Assembly: GCA_025603075.1 (NCBI GenBank) | Contig: MU626353.1 | Coordinates: 4,681-68,680 of the forward strand | From: Neoconidiobolus thromboides FSU 785 | Lineage: Eukaryota; Fungi; Entomophthoromycota | Direction of reading: 5' to 3' | DNA length: 64,000 nucleotides | Part shown: in pieces, positions 37,667 through 51,800 of the stretch | Position numbering within the stretch: the first letter of the stretch is position 1 | Layout of the letters: the number at the start of each line of letters is the position of its first letter | The notes under the pieces: model-generated | What the model was told of the DNA's origin: nothing | Database searches by the model: none | Seen by the model: the letters and a program-made list of their open reading frames with translations, nothing else | Program-made: the position numbers and the translations under genes

Positions 37667-38655
37667 TTAGAGATCAAAGATTTCTGGTAAAATTTCTGGA
37701 AGTTCTAAAATAGAAGATATAGCTAAATGATCCCCATCTTGTTTAGGATTGTTCTTTCCTGTGACGAGGATGGTGGTCCAGCCTAATTGTTTGGCTGCAT
37801 CTAAATTTTTCTTTGAATCATCTGCAAAGAAACATAATGTTGGGAAATTGACTCTGGCTTCTTTCATCGCTTTTTCATATGCTGGAAGTTCTGGTTTACA
37901 TGCAAAGTTGGGCTCAGTGTAATCGCAGTAAGTTACGCCTTCAAATAAATCTTCTATGCCTAAAATACGGAGTACTCTTTCAGCATGCTAAGGTTATAAA
38001 TGGATTAATGTATGTTTTTGTTAATAAAAAATAAAACTTACAATTTTATTAGCATTGGTAAAAGCCCAGCGTCTCATTTTGATTTTTAAAAGCATGTTCC
38101 TTAAATTTGGATCATATTTAAGTAAAGATTCAAGAGGTAAAGATTGGTCAACGTTTTCATCTAAGGAATTTGTCAATATTAAAGTAAAATAAATAAATAA
38201 AAGTATGTACCATAATGAACTGGATCAATATCTAAAAAAGTTAAATTTTAGTTTGATTATTTAAATAAAAGCATATTAAACTTACCATGATGTTTAATAA
38301 AACCACGGATAGCAAGTCCATATTCACGATAATAAGAATAAGAAATTTGTTCTACTTTGTCTTTTGGGAGTCCAATGAATTCGCCATATTGGGCTATCCT
38401 AAAAATTAATATAAATAAAAGCTCTATTATAGTACATCACAAATGTGAAGTATTTTAATGATCAATAGGAAGTACTTACTTTTTAGACATGATATCCGAA
38501 ATACCAGAACTAATATCATAAAGACAGTTATCAATATCAAAGAAAAAGATGGCATTATTATTTTTTAACCCAGTAGATAGAAATGGTACAGTTAAATTAG
38601 AATTAATAGTACAAGCAGCAGCTGTAGTATTGATGAGATCAGAGGTAGTAAGCAT
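37667..38655 (-). CDS. SDT1: HAD-superfamily pyrimidine 5'-nucleotidase (SDT1/SSM1-like), multi-exon
   Basis: Motif I FFDIDNCLY, YYREYGLAIRGFIKHH, AFTNA, CDYTEPNFACKPELPAYEKAM and motif IV FADDSKKNLDAAKQLGW. Confidence 0.88.
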
Positions 38656-39725
38656 AGTTGCGATAAATTAAAGTATAAAATAAAAACAGAAAAGATATAA
38701 AATAGAAATAAAATTGATGGATATAAAAAATAGGAAAAAGCAAATAAGTGTATTTCGCATCCTTTATATACTTTTTTTTCCCAAATTTATTAATAATAGT
38801 TGATATTAGTCACCCCCTTACCTGTCCCCAAACAGCCTAAAATTTAATACTGGATTTAAGTTCCATTTTTAAATGAAATTATCCTTTTCAAAAATAAACT
38901 TAGAAGTTTATTTTATTAAAATTAAGCCAATCAGACTGTTTATTTAGCACCACGTTGATTTCATCGTTCTAAATTTGATCCTTTTTTACTAATCATCCGT
39001 TGTAAAATCCAAGCAATGACATCATGTGTGAAAAAAGAGTGACTGTTTTTTTATATCAATATCGAAAATTATTTCCGTAGTTAAAGAATATTAAAGTTGT
39101 ATAAACATAAAGTTGTGTCTTTTTTCCGGTTCATTTTACTTGATTATAAACATTTAATAGTTTATCCTAAATAAATTAATTGAATTAAATAATCAATTAA
39201 GCTTATTTTAATGTTTATTCTAGCTTAATATTAAATTTATAAACTATTAATTTATTGTTGCATATAATAATCCTTATTCAAAAGCTTAAGCTTTTTTAAT
39301 TGCTTAAAGTTCATCCTTTTATTTTTCAAAAAAGTCAAAATTCTAGATCATTTCTATTAAGTTTTATATAAACAACCATTTAAATATTATGGCTAATATA
39401 TTACTATAAGTTTTATTTAGTAATAAATTAAAACTTAATTTATTGAAAAAGAGGGTCTAATTATAGTTAACAAATGTATCAAAAATATAAAATTGATTTT
39501 ATTACTTAAAAAAATGAAAAATAGTTTTATATTTAATTTATTTCATAATACATATATAAACAAATTTATTGATTATCATAAATTAATTTCATTATTAAAA
39601 TTATAAAAAGCAATTGTTTTATTAAAGGCATATTAGCCGCAGATCTTATTATTTATAAGCATAGCTTAAATACTATACTCTAAAGTTAATTATAAATAAT
39701 AATTATTTAAAAACAATTGAATCAA

Positions 39726-40142
39726 TTACTTTTTAATAAAATAACATACAAGCACTAAAGTATCATTTACATTGTTATGCTTAAGTTTGCCAACTATTTT
39801 AAAAGTTCCCATTTCATCTTTTACTAAGTTATTCCAATCAAACTCCATCTGTTGATACTCTGCTATTAGATAATCCACTCTTTTTGTAGATTCTTGATCA
39901 TATATTAAAAACTTAATATAACCCTCTTTTCTAATTAATACTTCAATTTTAGCTAATAGATTATAAATATAAGCAATACATCAATCAATGATATATAGAT
40001 TACCATGAATCATTATAGCAATGATATTTTCCTTATAAAAATAATGCTCGATTAATGGTGTTTGTAGCTTAAGTTGTAGTATTTGATGGATTGTATTGAA
40101 TTTTTTGAGTTTGGCATCTCCAAAGTTCGAAAATTTGAGCAT
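39726..40142 (-). pseudogene. Probable pseudogene: 139-codon frame with a single internal TGA
   Basis: MLKFSNFGDAKLKK...LYIID*CIAYIY...DTLVLVCYFIKK*. A frame this long is unlikely by chance in such AT-rich DNA. No homology recognised. Confidence 0.35.
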
Positions 40143-41051
40143 TTTATAAAAATAGATGAATGAACTATTTAGTTTATAAACATAATGTTACAATGCATTT
40201 TAACAACCTTTTAATTTAATATAATGTAATATGTTAATAGTAGTATGTTTATGCAATTAACATAAATGCATTAAAAACATTGCTGCATTTTATAAAATAA
40301 CATGATGTTTTTATATTGTAAAATAAAATAAAATTACATGTGTAATTCTAGTGATGATAGCTATAACAATAAAGCGAACTTATTATATTTTTTATTTTTA
40401 TCATGTTCCTTTATCATTTTTTAAATATTTTGTCCCATTTTTGTATAAATTTAATTTTTATAAAATATAAAGCAGATCTTTAGTATTAGCTTATATAGAA
40501 AATTAAACTAAAAGTATTAATACATTCTAATGAAGAGTATACTGGAAAAAGAAGGAATTATTTAAAGACGAAAAAAATAAAAGTTGATCTATTTAGAATG
40601 GGAGTAAAGAAATGCTCTTTAAACAATAGATCTTTTGAAATGCCCCAAGGTCATTAAGTATAAAGTTGAAGAAGGTTGTTTTATAACCGACTTCTTTCAT
40701 TTGAGGGAAGAGCGAAGAAGATAACAGAAGTAGAATATGGCAATACTTTTTTGTATGAGGCAGTTATAAAGAAAGTTAGAATCTACAATAGAAATAAAAT
40801 GACTAAATTTTTAGTATTTCAAAAATCACTGTTCATTCAGCATTTATTGACTTGATAATAAATAAACAGAAATGAGAGATATGGTTAGAAACCTAAAATT
40901 ACTACAAACTAAAGGTTATATGTTTATCAAATCTTTGTTATCTTCCTTTTTTTAAAAGTACGTTATTTTCAATAATAAAATAAATAGACGTAGAATGAAA
41001 AATAATAAGAATGTCGTCTTTTTCATACTCATTGCCCATTTTTAGCGCAAT

Positions 41052-41468
41052 AGTAGAGATGTTTTTTTTCACTTTCTCCATTTTAGGTACTATTTGAACA
41101 AAAGCTTATTAGCAAGATTCTTAAAAAGATATATCCCCAAATTTTGAAAAAATTTTCGGCAAATATTCTTTGATAAAAAAACATATCTGTAAAAAATTCA
41201 TTACTATTTTATATTTCAAAGTAATAATGATTTTATTTTATATAAAAATTAATATACCAAAAAATAATAATAGATATATAAAGTATTTCATTTGTTTATA
41301 TGGAACGCTGTTAAAAAATTATTTATTTAACTTAAAGAACACACACTAAACTTACAACTTTAATCAATATATGGGGATGTTTTTTTCATCACTTTTTCCA
41401 TCTTTTAAGCGCTATTTGAGTGGAAAAACTGTTAGTAAAATTCTTAAACACAAAAAAACATCCTCATG
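41052..41468 (+). mobile_element. Two GGGGATGT-family copies (41052-41142 degraded, 41369-41468)
   Basis: Consensus matches. Confidence 0.75.
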
Positions 41469-41767
41469 TCATCATCGTTTAATAACACAGAGTCCTTTTT
41501 TATAACAAGTTTAGTATTACTGTTTATAAATCACAATATAAGGTAATAGTATAGCTATATTATGACACAAACAAATGCAAGTAAACAATATATATATCAA
41601 ATCACTTAACTTATTTAACTACTTATTTTAATGTATTTTAATTCAAGGAGTGTAGTTTCCTTTTATACAAAAACTAAGATACAAAATCAAGCTATATAAA
41701 ATAATCTATATTGCTAAAACGATAAAAGAATAAAAAAGTTGAAAAAAGTGTAAATAAACAATAGGAA

Positions 41768-42496
41768 TCATTCATTTTTATCTTCACGATCCAATTGATT
41801 TAAAAGGCCATCTAATTTAGCATGAAAATGGGATTGAGATAATTTACCTTGATCATCAAAAAAAGTAGCAAAATTCCAAGTTTCAGTTACTTTTTTGAAT
41901 TTTGGTTGTTCTGGTAAAGAATCTGGAAACTCATAAACGAAGGATACTTCATAAAGTGGTTGGCCTCCTGCATCTACTTTATGATGAGATTTGAAGGCAT
42001 ATTCTCCCTAAAAATGATAAAAAAGATTTTAATTAAGTTATTATTAAATACGTATTCTTTTAAATTACCTCTTTCCCAGGTTTTTTACCAAGATATACTG
42101 TTTTCCCTTGCATAAAATAAGTCCATAAAAACATAAATCCAGAAATTATAAAATAGCTAGTTAATCCCTATTACTATCTTGTAAATCTAAAAACAAATAA
42201 AAACTTACGAGCTACTTGAAAACAAAGATACATAACGAACTGTTTTAAACTCTTTCTTATAAGTTAATAAAAAATCAGCCAATGCTATAATGGCTCCAAG
42301 GTATCCAAATATTAACTTCATATCAACAAACATATGATTCTCAACCCATCCTTTAGAGGTATAATACTATAATTCTATGTTTAATTGAGTGACTTTCTTT
42401 ACATTATTAAATTACTCTTGCTACTTCTTCATCAGCTGCCACCTTAAGATCCAATAGATTATATTTTTCGACTGGCTTAATTTCTATATCACTCAT
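41768..42496 (-). CDS. SPC2: Signal peptidase complex subunit 2 (SPC25 family), multi-exon; start uncertain
   Basis: Exons translate to KYNLLDLKVAADEEV, ENHMFVDMKLIFGYLGAIIA and C-terminal FATFFDDQGKLSQSHF, matching the SPC25 pattern. Confidence 0.85.
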
Positions 42497-42720
42497 CAAT
42501 TCATCATTCTTATATTATTATTAATATAGTTATTTATTTTACCTTCCATCTTTAATAATAATTTAACAAAAGTTCTCTTTTTCTCAACTTATTTATCTTC
42601 TACATCACTAAAATCCATGAATCTCATTTGTTAAAATTTCCAACAAATTAAAAATAGCAATCCAATTTATTTCATTTACAGTTTTTAAAAAATAGCAGTT
42701 TTCAAACATCAATCCTTAAT

Positions 42721-43740
42721 ATGGAAGCAATAAGAAAGAATTTGCCATCCCGTAACACATCGATTTTTTTCAGTATTGTATTTGGTCTGATAGCTTTAAA
42801 ACAATATGATAAAAGAGAATGTATTAATCAACGTCAATCACTTTCTTCAGTAGTAAATTATTTAGCTGAAAGGCCATTAGAGTATAACCAATCACCTGAC
42901 AAATATGTTATCTTTTTACATTCACCTGAGAATGAATTAGACGCTTATTATAAAGCTAAAGAATATTTTAATAGTTATATAAAAGTAAGTTTTTTTTTGA
43001 AATTCATACTATAATTTAGTTTAATAATATATATAATCTATTAGCCAGTATGGGACGCGGCAGCTATTGATTATGATATTGTCATGGAAAAAGATGGTGG
43101 TGAGATCCAGAGATATGTTTATGAAGAAATTAAAAAGATGCGATTACAACCAAATGGAGTCAATTTAATCGATAAAGAAGGCTCGCCTATCCTTGGTTGG
43201 GTAGCACTTGGTAAAGAAGCATTTGGTAAGTTATTATCAGGAATACATGATGGAGCTAGCGTATTTGATCCAAACATTGAAATTGGTAGAATCGAAGAAG
43301 AAGAAGTACAAACTTTAGACCAACTTGAAGAAAAAAAAGAAAAAAAAGTAGAAAAACCAAAAGTTATACCAGCTCAACAGATTACTAGCTTACTTACTAA
43401 AGACACACCAAGGAAAGATATTGAAGTACCAAATACATTACCTAGTTTAGGTTACATTCGTTTTCATCATTATATCGGGTTTACAAGTACTCCTTTGAGA
43501 ATTTTTGAATGGTTTATGGATCGTAAATATGTCAAAGATATTGGTCAAGAAGCTACTGTTCCTTTAATTGGTAATGTTAAACAACTAAATTTACCAGGAG
43601 ATTATTTCGAGTATTCAAAGAGAGATTTGAGAAGTAAAAAAATACCCCAAATTAAAAAAGAAGACTTGGAGTTCGTTAAGGAATTAGATGGAAAAGTTAA
43701 TATATATTGTAACGATGAAGCTAAAGCTGAGCAAAATTAA
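42721..43740 (+). CDS. TIM54: Mitochondrial inner membrane translocase subunit Tim54 (2 exons)
   Basis: Exons 42721-42984 and 43045-43740. Motifs LPSRNTSIF, YDKRE, YIK|PVWDAAAIDY and YIRFHHYIGFTSTPLRIF. Confidence 0.9.
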
Positions 43741-44880
43741 AATAGATTAGAAGTTGATTAAGAAGGTTTATCATATTTTATTTTATTTTTAATTGGGTCT
43801 GTATTGTACATAGGTAGCTTTTTATTTTATTATTACTTTATTTATACAATCAATAGTTAGAGTATTTTGATTTAATTATAGTTTATTTTAATAGTAAATT
43901 ATATTAAAATGAATTTAAATATAATTATACGATTCTAAAAGCAATAATTTTTTCAACTAATTATATTTTTAATTATAAGCTCAATTTCTATTTATCAAAC
44001 ATACAAAGCAATACTAGTAATTAAAATTTTCCTGTTTTTTATTGTTTCATATAATACAATATTGATAAACAAGTATCCAACTTTATTTATTGAATATGAT
44101 TATCATTAAAAGAGCTCATCTTTTCAATTATAGTATCATCTTATCTTTTATAGCACTAAAATCCATGGATTCCATTTGGTAAATTAAATCAAAAATTTTA
44201 ATAATGATTCAATTTATTTTATTAGCCATTTCCTTTTAAGAAATACCATTTCAAAAGTAATATATATTCTGTTCAATTTGTAACTATGGAGGAAGAGATT
44301 CTAGACTTATACTATATTTTATGCTCTATGACAGATGAATAACTTAAAATAATTCAACAAGATATATATAACAACTTGGATGAAATATTAAGGCCAGCTT
44401 TTTACTATGTAAAAGATAAATTTATCAATGCTAATTATAATGAAATATTATCAGACACGAAAAACCTTAATAATATAGAATGTCAAATAGAGTTGTATTT
44501 TTAATAGAAAATAAAAGCATAGATGAAGTTATCATTTTAGTTAATAATGAAAGCAATATTTTGATATTTGAATCCGGACATGAAACTATGGTAGAGATAG
44601 CTTTACATATAACTACTAGTAATTTGTCTATTGATGATATACTTGATAAAGTAAAGGATGGATGGTATTAAAAAATATATATTAACTTCAAAACTTAATC
44701 CTCCATATCAAAGCAATAAAGAAGAACCCACAACCATCTAATATGACTACATTTTTCAGTATTATATTCAGCCTTATAACTTTAAAACAATACCATAAAA
44801 GAGAATTTATCAATCAATAGCAATTGCTTTCTTCTGTAAACTATCTCGATAAAAGACCTTTATAAATAGTCAACCAGGTT

Positions 44881-45010
44881 TACCAAGGAAAAATATTGAA
44901 GTGTCAACTATAATACCTAGTTTAGACTATATTTGTTTTCACTGTTATATTGGATTTACAAGTACTCTTTTAGAGGTTTTCGAGTATTTTATGAACCTTA
45001 ATAAATGACT
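44881..45010 (+). pseudogene. Degraded internal fragment of TIM54
   Basis: accaaggaaaaatattgaagt...cctagtttagactatatttgttttcac...tttacaagtactc matches TIM54 at ~43407-43530. Confidence 0.7.
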
Positions 45011-45876
45011 ATGGTGCTTTTATTAATTTAAAGTTATTATAAAAAATAGAGTCTATTTTTATTTGTAAACTGTAAAGTTATCGCAATTTTTATAGGATTA
45101 AATAAAAATAGATAATATCTATACTTTTTTGTAAAATAAAACTAACAATAGTACAGTATAACAGACCTGGTCCAAGTCACAAGGATTTGAAAGCTGTTAG
45201 GAAGCTTGAGTATTTTCCAAGTGTGGTTTTATTATTCAAGATACAAAATTTGAGCTAAGAAAATTTTAAGCAAATTGCATCCAAAACTATAATTCAACAA
45301 TTGCTATTTTTAGTAATCCAGCTCAAAGCAATTATTAAAAAAGTAAGGAATTTAACTTATAATTTTTTGGACTAACTTCATTTAAATCGAATTAGCATAT
45401 AAAACAATATAATGATATATGCATATATTATTTACTTTTTTACTTTTCTTATATGACTTTTTTATATTTAATTAAAACTCCGAATATAAAGCAAGGCTAT
45501 ATTAATTTGATTTGTTGAATATAATCAAAATAAATGTATGGGCTTTCTACTAACATTTTCGTTTTTTAGCTTTTAGGATCTAAGTTGTTAATAAAATTAA
45601 ATTCAGAATGTTAATTTAATGCCTGTTTAAATTCAATCACTTGAAAGGTAGACCATTCTTCAATTGAAATTAATTGACTCAGAACTTTTGAATAATTGTT
45701 TTATAAATTAGTCTATAAAATTTCAGAGTTAGGTCATGATGAAGATTGCTCAGAACTTCAAATTTCAAATAATTGGTTATTGAGTTAACTCAGCTTTTTA
45801 AGGTTTTTTCAAAACTTGATAATTTTAGTTCAAATCTGTTATAATTTAAATACTCTATAAGATTTTCCATTGTAAT

Positions 45877-45969
45877 ATATGAGGATGTATTTTTGTTTAA
45901 GAATTTTACTAACAAATTTTCCGCTTAAAAGGTGGAAAAAGTAATGAAATCAAAAAATCATCCCCATAT
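45877..45969 (-). mobile_element. GGGGATGT-family copy with central deletion
   Basis: Intact TIRs; the central loop is missing. Confidence 0.8.
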
Positions 45970-46382
45970 TATAACCAGAACGCAAGTAATTAAAGTGAAA
46001 GAAGATGAATTAAAGGTCCTTCTATTATAGCACTTTATAGTAAATTGCGTAATAACTAGAACATGGACAGTTCAAAGAGCTCTTTTAATGAATATTTATT
46101 ACTTAATCACTATATAAGTAACCATTACTAATTCAACAAGCAATTATTATTATCTCAATTATGTCTAATTTTACATAAAGTATACTAAATTTCTACAATT
46201 ATCTAAACTCAACAATCCAAACATAGGTTCTTAAAACTTTCCAGCATAATTGAAATTTCTGAATAATATTTACCAATCAAAATCATTGAACTAGGGTCTC
46301 AATCAATTGCACATTTTAAGCAAAACTATAAAAACAAAACAAATCACTTTCAAAACAAAATTAATAATTTTTTATAACAAAA

Positions 46383-47246
46383 ATGAATCCTAATAATCCC
46401 AATCGAAATGATGGTTATGGTGTATATGAACCTATACCACAACATGTTAATCCACCAGGCTATTCTGAGTCTAATACAAATACTAAAAAGTATAATTCAT
46501 CGCAACCTAACGATTATGTTGACTATCCACAAACTAATGTCAATAACAGCAGTGCTCCAAGTGCTGATGATTTTTTATATGGTTCATCAGTAGCCGATTG
46601 CGATATCAGTATCCGACACGCCTTTATATTTAAAGTATATTCTATTTTAACCGTTCAATTATTAGCTACTGCTTTTTTCAGTATATTATTTTCTTCTGTA
46701 AACTCAATTCAATTATTTTTATTTCGAAATGTATGGATAGTTTATGTATCAATGGGATTAACCATTGTAAATATGATTTTGCTTTTATGGAAACGTCATA
46801 GCTATCCTTTGAACTTTGCATTATTGAGTAGTTTTACAATATTGGAAAGTGTGGGTTTAGGGGTAACTATTTCATTTTATAGTCAATTGGTAGTACTACA
46901 GGCCTTAATATTAACCCTTGGTATTTTTATTGTATTAACATTAATTGCTTTACAATCCAAATACGATTTTACTAGCTGGCAACCATATCTTGGTGTTGCA
47001 CTTTGGATTGTTATATTATTATCGTTTGTTCAGATTTTCTTCCCATTTGGTTCTACTTTTGAATTATTTATTGCTATTGGTACTGCTATCTTGTTTTGTG
47101 GCTATATTTTAGTCGATACTCATATGCTTATGAGTCGACTTAATCCAGATGAATATATTGTGGCTTCAGTAGAACTTTATTTGGATATTCTTAATTTATT
47201 TTTGGCTATATTAAGGATTCTTGGATCTTCTAATGATAGGGATTAA
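46383..47246 (+). CDS. BXI1: Bax inhibitor-1 / TMBIM (LFG-like) membrane protein
   Basis: 287 aa. IRHAFIFKVYSILTVQL, KYDFTSW and EYIVASVELYLDILNLFLAIL; multiple TM segments. Confidence 0.92.
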   Translation: MNPNNPNRNDGYGVYEPIPQHVNPPGYSESNTNTKKYNSSQPNDYVDYPQTNVNNSSAPSADDFLYGSSVADCDISIRHAFIFKVYSILTVQLLATAFFSILFSSVNSIQLFLFRNVWIVYVSMGLTIVNMILLLWKRHSYPLNFALLSSFTILESVGLGVTISFYSQLVVLQALILTLGIFIVLTLIALQSKYDFTSWQPYLGVALWIVILLSFVQIFFPFGSTFELFIAIGTAILFCGYILVDTHMLMSRLNPDEYIVASVELYLDILNLFLAILRILGSSNDRD

Positions 47247-47439
47247 TAAGTAGTATTAGTTTATTAAAGTATCATTTTTATGCTTATTTGTATCATTTTA
47301 TTTTATAATTTTTATTCTGTTTTTTAAACTAGTTGCATAAATTAATTATAATTAAGTAGTATTCTTTTGCAATGACTTCTAAAAATAAACTTTTGAATTT
47401 TAAATTATTACTTTTCTGCCTTTTTGACTAAAATCAAAA

Positions 47440-48665
47440 ATGACCATTTCAACTAGCAATAATCAAGAAACAATAACATCTAGGTCTGTTACAGGAGGTA
47501 AGTCACATCTCATATTAAAAGTAACAAATTGAGCACTCAGCCATAATTTTAAAAGAATCCGACAGTGGTATCATTGATCTCAGCAATCACAGTTCCATTC
47601 CTTATAGGGAAGGTTTTATGAAATATCGAAATTCAATAACAAAAGAAACTTTAAGGGCTCATTTAAGTCAATTAACTTCATCTTCCAACAACGCTTCAAT
47701 TAAAGAAACTATAAAACCTAGTCAATATGGAGAATATAGTAGGAATCGAACCTTTTTTGGCTCAGCCGTAGTATCTAAAAATGAACTTTTGGATCCATTT
47801 GAAAAGAAAGAAGGAATGGGAGGAGTGAAAGAAGAGATAAAAGAAAATAAATTAATGAAAGGAGAAGAATTTTTATCATTTGAAAAAGGTAATTAATAGA
47901 TATTAGAATAAAGTCTTTATTATTGATATTGATTTATTAGTATTTGAAGAAAGAAAATCGAAATTATCTCAATTAGATAAAAAAGAAGAAGTTAAATTAA
48001 AAGTTATTGACCCTAAATTAAAATATTTAATTATTGGTTATATATTGATTATTTTATTTAGTGTATTAAAAGCAAGTTGGTGGTAAGTGAAATGAATTAG
48101 TTATTATTGTTATTACTAATTATATTATTATTTATATTATTATTTATATCAATAATATATTATTTTTAGTTACCTTAGTTCTAATAATACTAAATGCATT
48201 GATGGGCCATTTTATACTGGTAAGGAAAAATTATTATTTATACTGGAATTGAAAATAATGATAATTAATATTTTATTTATATATTAGTTATATTATTATT
48301 CTTATTTTACCCATTTTTATTATTGTATGTTCAAGGTTACTTTGAATTACAAAATTTAAAAAAATTATACCCATTTTTATTTGGCAGTAAGTGATTGATT
48401 TATCTTTTGTATTGAGAAATTAATCTTTTATTTTATTTATAGAACCTAAATTAGAAATAGTTAAAAAAGAACCTAGTGAAAATGGTAAGTATTGAAACAT
48501 TTATTAAGATAAATATTTTTAATTTTATTTTAGAAAAAATAATTGCTAATTCCAAATCTTTAAATGCCTATTTTAAAAATCCAGTATAAATATTAATTAA
48601 AACATAAAAAACAAAATGTTTTTTTTTTTTAGAAATCTATATTCTATTCTACTCCATTCTATTGA
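47440..48665 (+). CDS. Hypothetical membrane protein, ~7 exons
   Basis: Canonical GT..AG introns join exons into one frame, MTISTSNNQ...IIGYILIILFSVLKASWCY...VILLFLFYPFLLLY...YSTPFY*, with two hydrophobic segments. No family recognised. Confidence 0.6.
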
Positions 48666-48870
48666 TTAATATTTATTAATAAATATTAAAAATAAAAGTT
48701 GAAATTTAAATTATATTACTATAATAAAAATTTACAAGCTAATTTTTAATATTTATTAATAAATATTATATGAAAAAGTTGAATTTCAATAGAAAGATAT
48801 CAAATAGTTTTATTAAACTTCAAAATAAAAAACTAATAATCGAACTTTATCTTAACCCTTTTCTCTTTTT

Positions 48871-51800
48871 TTAAATCATAGCCATAGTAGAATATAACTT
48901 ATTATCGTAAGCCGAATAAGTTAATGCCAATTTAGTTAACATATAGGGAATAGTAGCCTCTGGAGAATTTGGATTTTTACTTCCCATCTCTAAAATTTGA
49001 TGATAAGTTTCTAATGATAATTTCCACAAAGTTGCTTTTTCCGAATCGGTATAAACGGTAGCCGTCCTCATATAATGAGTTAAAAAAGTCACTTCACCGA
49101 CAAAAGTACCTGGTAATATAGATTCCATTGTATATTCAACTAAAGATTGAGTGGATGGATCCATAGTTGGAATTTTAACTCGAAGTAAACCATTTTCAAG
49201 TATATAAATAGCATCCGGTTTATCACCAGATTTCCATAATATATCATTAAAATTATATTCCACTTTTTCAAAATATTGAGCTAATTGATGTAAGGAAGGA
49301 TAGTTTACATCTTCAATTTCTTGAAATGCTTGTAATAATAAACCTAAAGGTTGGCGTGCATTTTTTATCAATGATGAAGTTTCATGAACTGAAAGTAATA
49401 AGTTAATATTCAGATTTTATATTATTAATATTAAAATTTTACTTTGTGAATAAACTTTGATTGCTGCTTCTTCAATTTGTCGATTACGTGGTGAAGATGA
49501 ATAATCAGCTTCAAGTAATGGATAAGTACCAGAAGTACCTAAAAGAAAAGAATTATTATTATATAATCTAATCTATTTTAATAGTAAAATTAAATTACCT
49601 AAATGAGTTGATAATCTAGAAGATACTTGATTATTTTGTTTAGCTAATTGATAAAAATTGGATAATAAAGTATTTTCACACCATTCTAATGCTTGATTAC
49701 ATTTTTCAAAATATTTAACATAACCTTCATTATTGGATGACCAAATACCTGCTTTTCTTAATGCACTACCAGTATCCGAATCTAATGTTACTCCAGATAT
49801 TACTAAATAAATACTATTGGAAGATAATCGATACAAAATTCTAGAGAAAGCATCCGTAGCTGAAAAATCAATACCACCAACTAATGTAAAATCTAATATA
49901 ATAAATCGAATTGGTGCTGTACGATGTCGATGTCCTTTTAATATTTGAGATATGGAATGATCTAATTGATGAATTGTACCAAAAAACATAAAACCTTGTA
50001 ATGTAATTAATTTCACTTGATTACCAACAGTTTCTAAAAAGGTTCTTTGATGATATAATCGACGTACTGTTGATGTAACACATGTACCATCAGAAATAGT
50101 TTTAATTGGTGATCGATGAGAATAAATTAATACAAAAAACATACAAGCTAATACAATTCCAAAAAATATACCTTCAATAAATCCAACAAATCCCATTGTT
50201 AATACTATCAAAACAATAGTAATATATTCTAAGGGATGTACTATTGTATATGTATCATATACTGCTTCTTTAATCAATTCAATACCCATATGAAATATTA
50301 ATGCACCAACTAATGGAGTTGGTATAAATCCTACTATAGATGGTCCTAATAATAATATAATAAAAGTACATAAAGCTAATAATAACCCAGCTACTCGACT
50401 ACCACCACCAGATCTTATAAATATTACTGAATTTGAATAAATTAAATAATTTTGTACAGAACCAAATAAGCCAGAAGTTAGATTAGATATACCATGTCCA
50501 ACTAATTCCCTATTAACATCAATATCTTGAATTCTAGTACTTACTGCTAAAGCAGGTACATTAATTGGTACGTGTAATATACCAAAAAAAGTTAATGCAA
50601 AAATAGCAGGAATGACTTTAGGTAAAGTTGACCAAGATATTAGATAAATATTAAAATTTAAATAAAAATCATAAAAAGGTTTGATTGGTGTTGGTAATGG
50701 GAACAACCAACCAATTTGTCTTAATGTATTTAAATTGCCATTCAATAAAAATACAAACATATAAAATACAATTGGTATTAAAAAGAAAAAACAGGGCGTA
50801 ACTAAAGGATGTTTGATTATTCTTGTAGCTATTTGTAATATTAAGGATAATACTAATGAACTTGTCCATAAGGGTAATAATTCAACTGAAAAATAACTTG
50901 CCCATATAGACCAATCAAAAGTGGGACTCAATTTAGTAGTCAATTCCATAGCGGTAGCTAATAAAAATACACCCACACCACCAATACAACCAATTAATAT
51001 ATGCCTTGGAAAAAATTCCATTAAAGAACCTAATTTATACCAACCTAAACCTAAAAATACAATTCCAGTAACAATAGTACTTAACGCATATGCTACCATA
51101 ACTGTTGGTATAACATATTGTTTACCAGCTTCTCCTAAATCATTTAATATAATATTACATATAATATGTAAAAAAGGTACAACTTCAATCATAAAACCAC
51201 CATTACCACCTCCAAATCTAGAGCCTCCACTAGCATAAATTAATTGAGCAATAACAGTACTTAAATAAATAAAATGTTAATATACATTATATATAATTTA
51301 TAAAAAATTAAAATTATTTTTTTATCTTACCTAACTAAAAACATAGATATACCATCTGGACCAAAATCTGAAAACATAGGTAAAGCAGTTGGAAAAATAA
51401 TAATACCAAAAGAAACAGCATCTAATACATTTAACATAGTACCAATTAATACAGCAGGAATAGACATAAATCCTGTTTTAAAACAATCAATAATAAACTC
51501 TTTTTCTAAGAAGTTAGTATTCTTATAAACTTCATTGTAAATCTTAATAAATGCATTATCAGTTTCCATTACAATAGTTTCTCCATCTTGTTTTTTACTT
51601 TCTATTGAAGAATAATTATTATTATTATTATCATTATTATAATTGCCATTATTTGGAAGTAAATGTGAATTTTCATGAACTGATATAGGTCTTGAATTCA
51701 CTACCATTTGTTCTATTCCATCTTTAATTCCTAACATAGGTGACATTGGTCTTGAATTATTAGTTGAATTTAATGGACTATTTTTACGACTTTCAATAAT

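Noticed and set aside
40540-40800. Purine-rich segment faintly resembling a non-LTR C-terminus (RIWQY)
   Set aside because: Many stops and no diagnostic motif.
44286-44671. Frameshifted ORF pieces (MEEEIL.../MSNRVV...GWY)
   Set aside because: Possibly a decayed gene, but there is no recognisable homology or splice structure.
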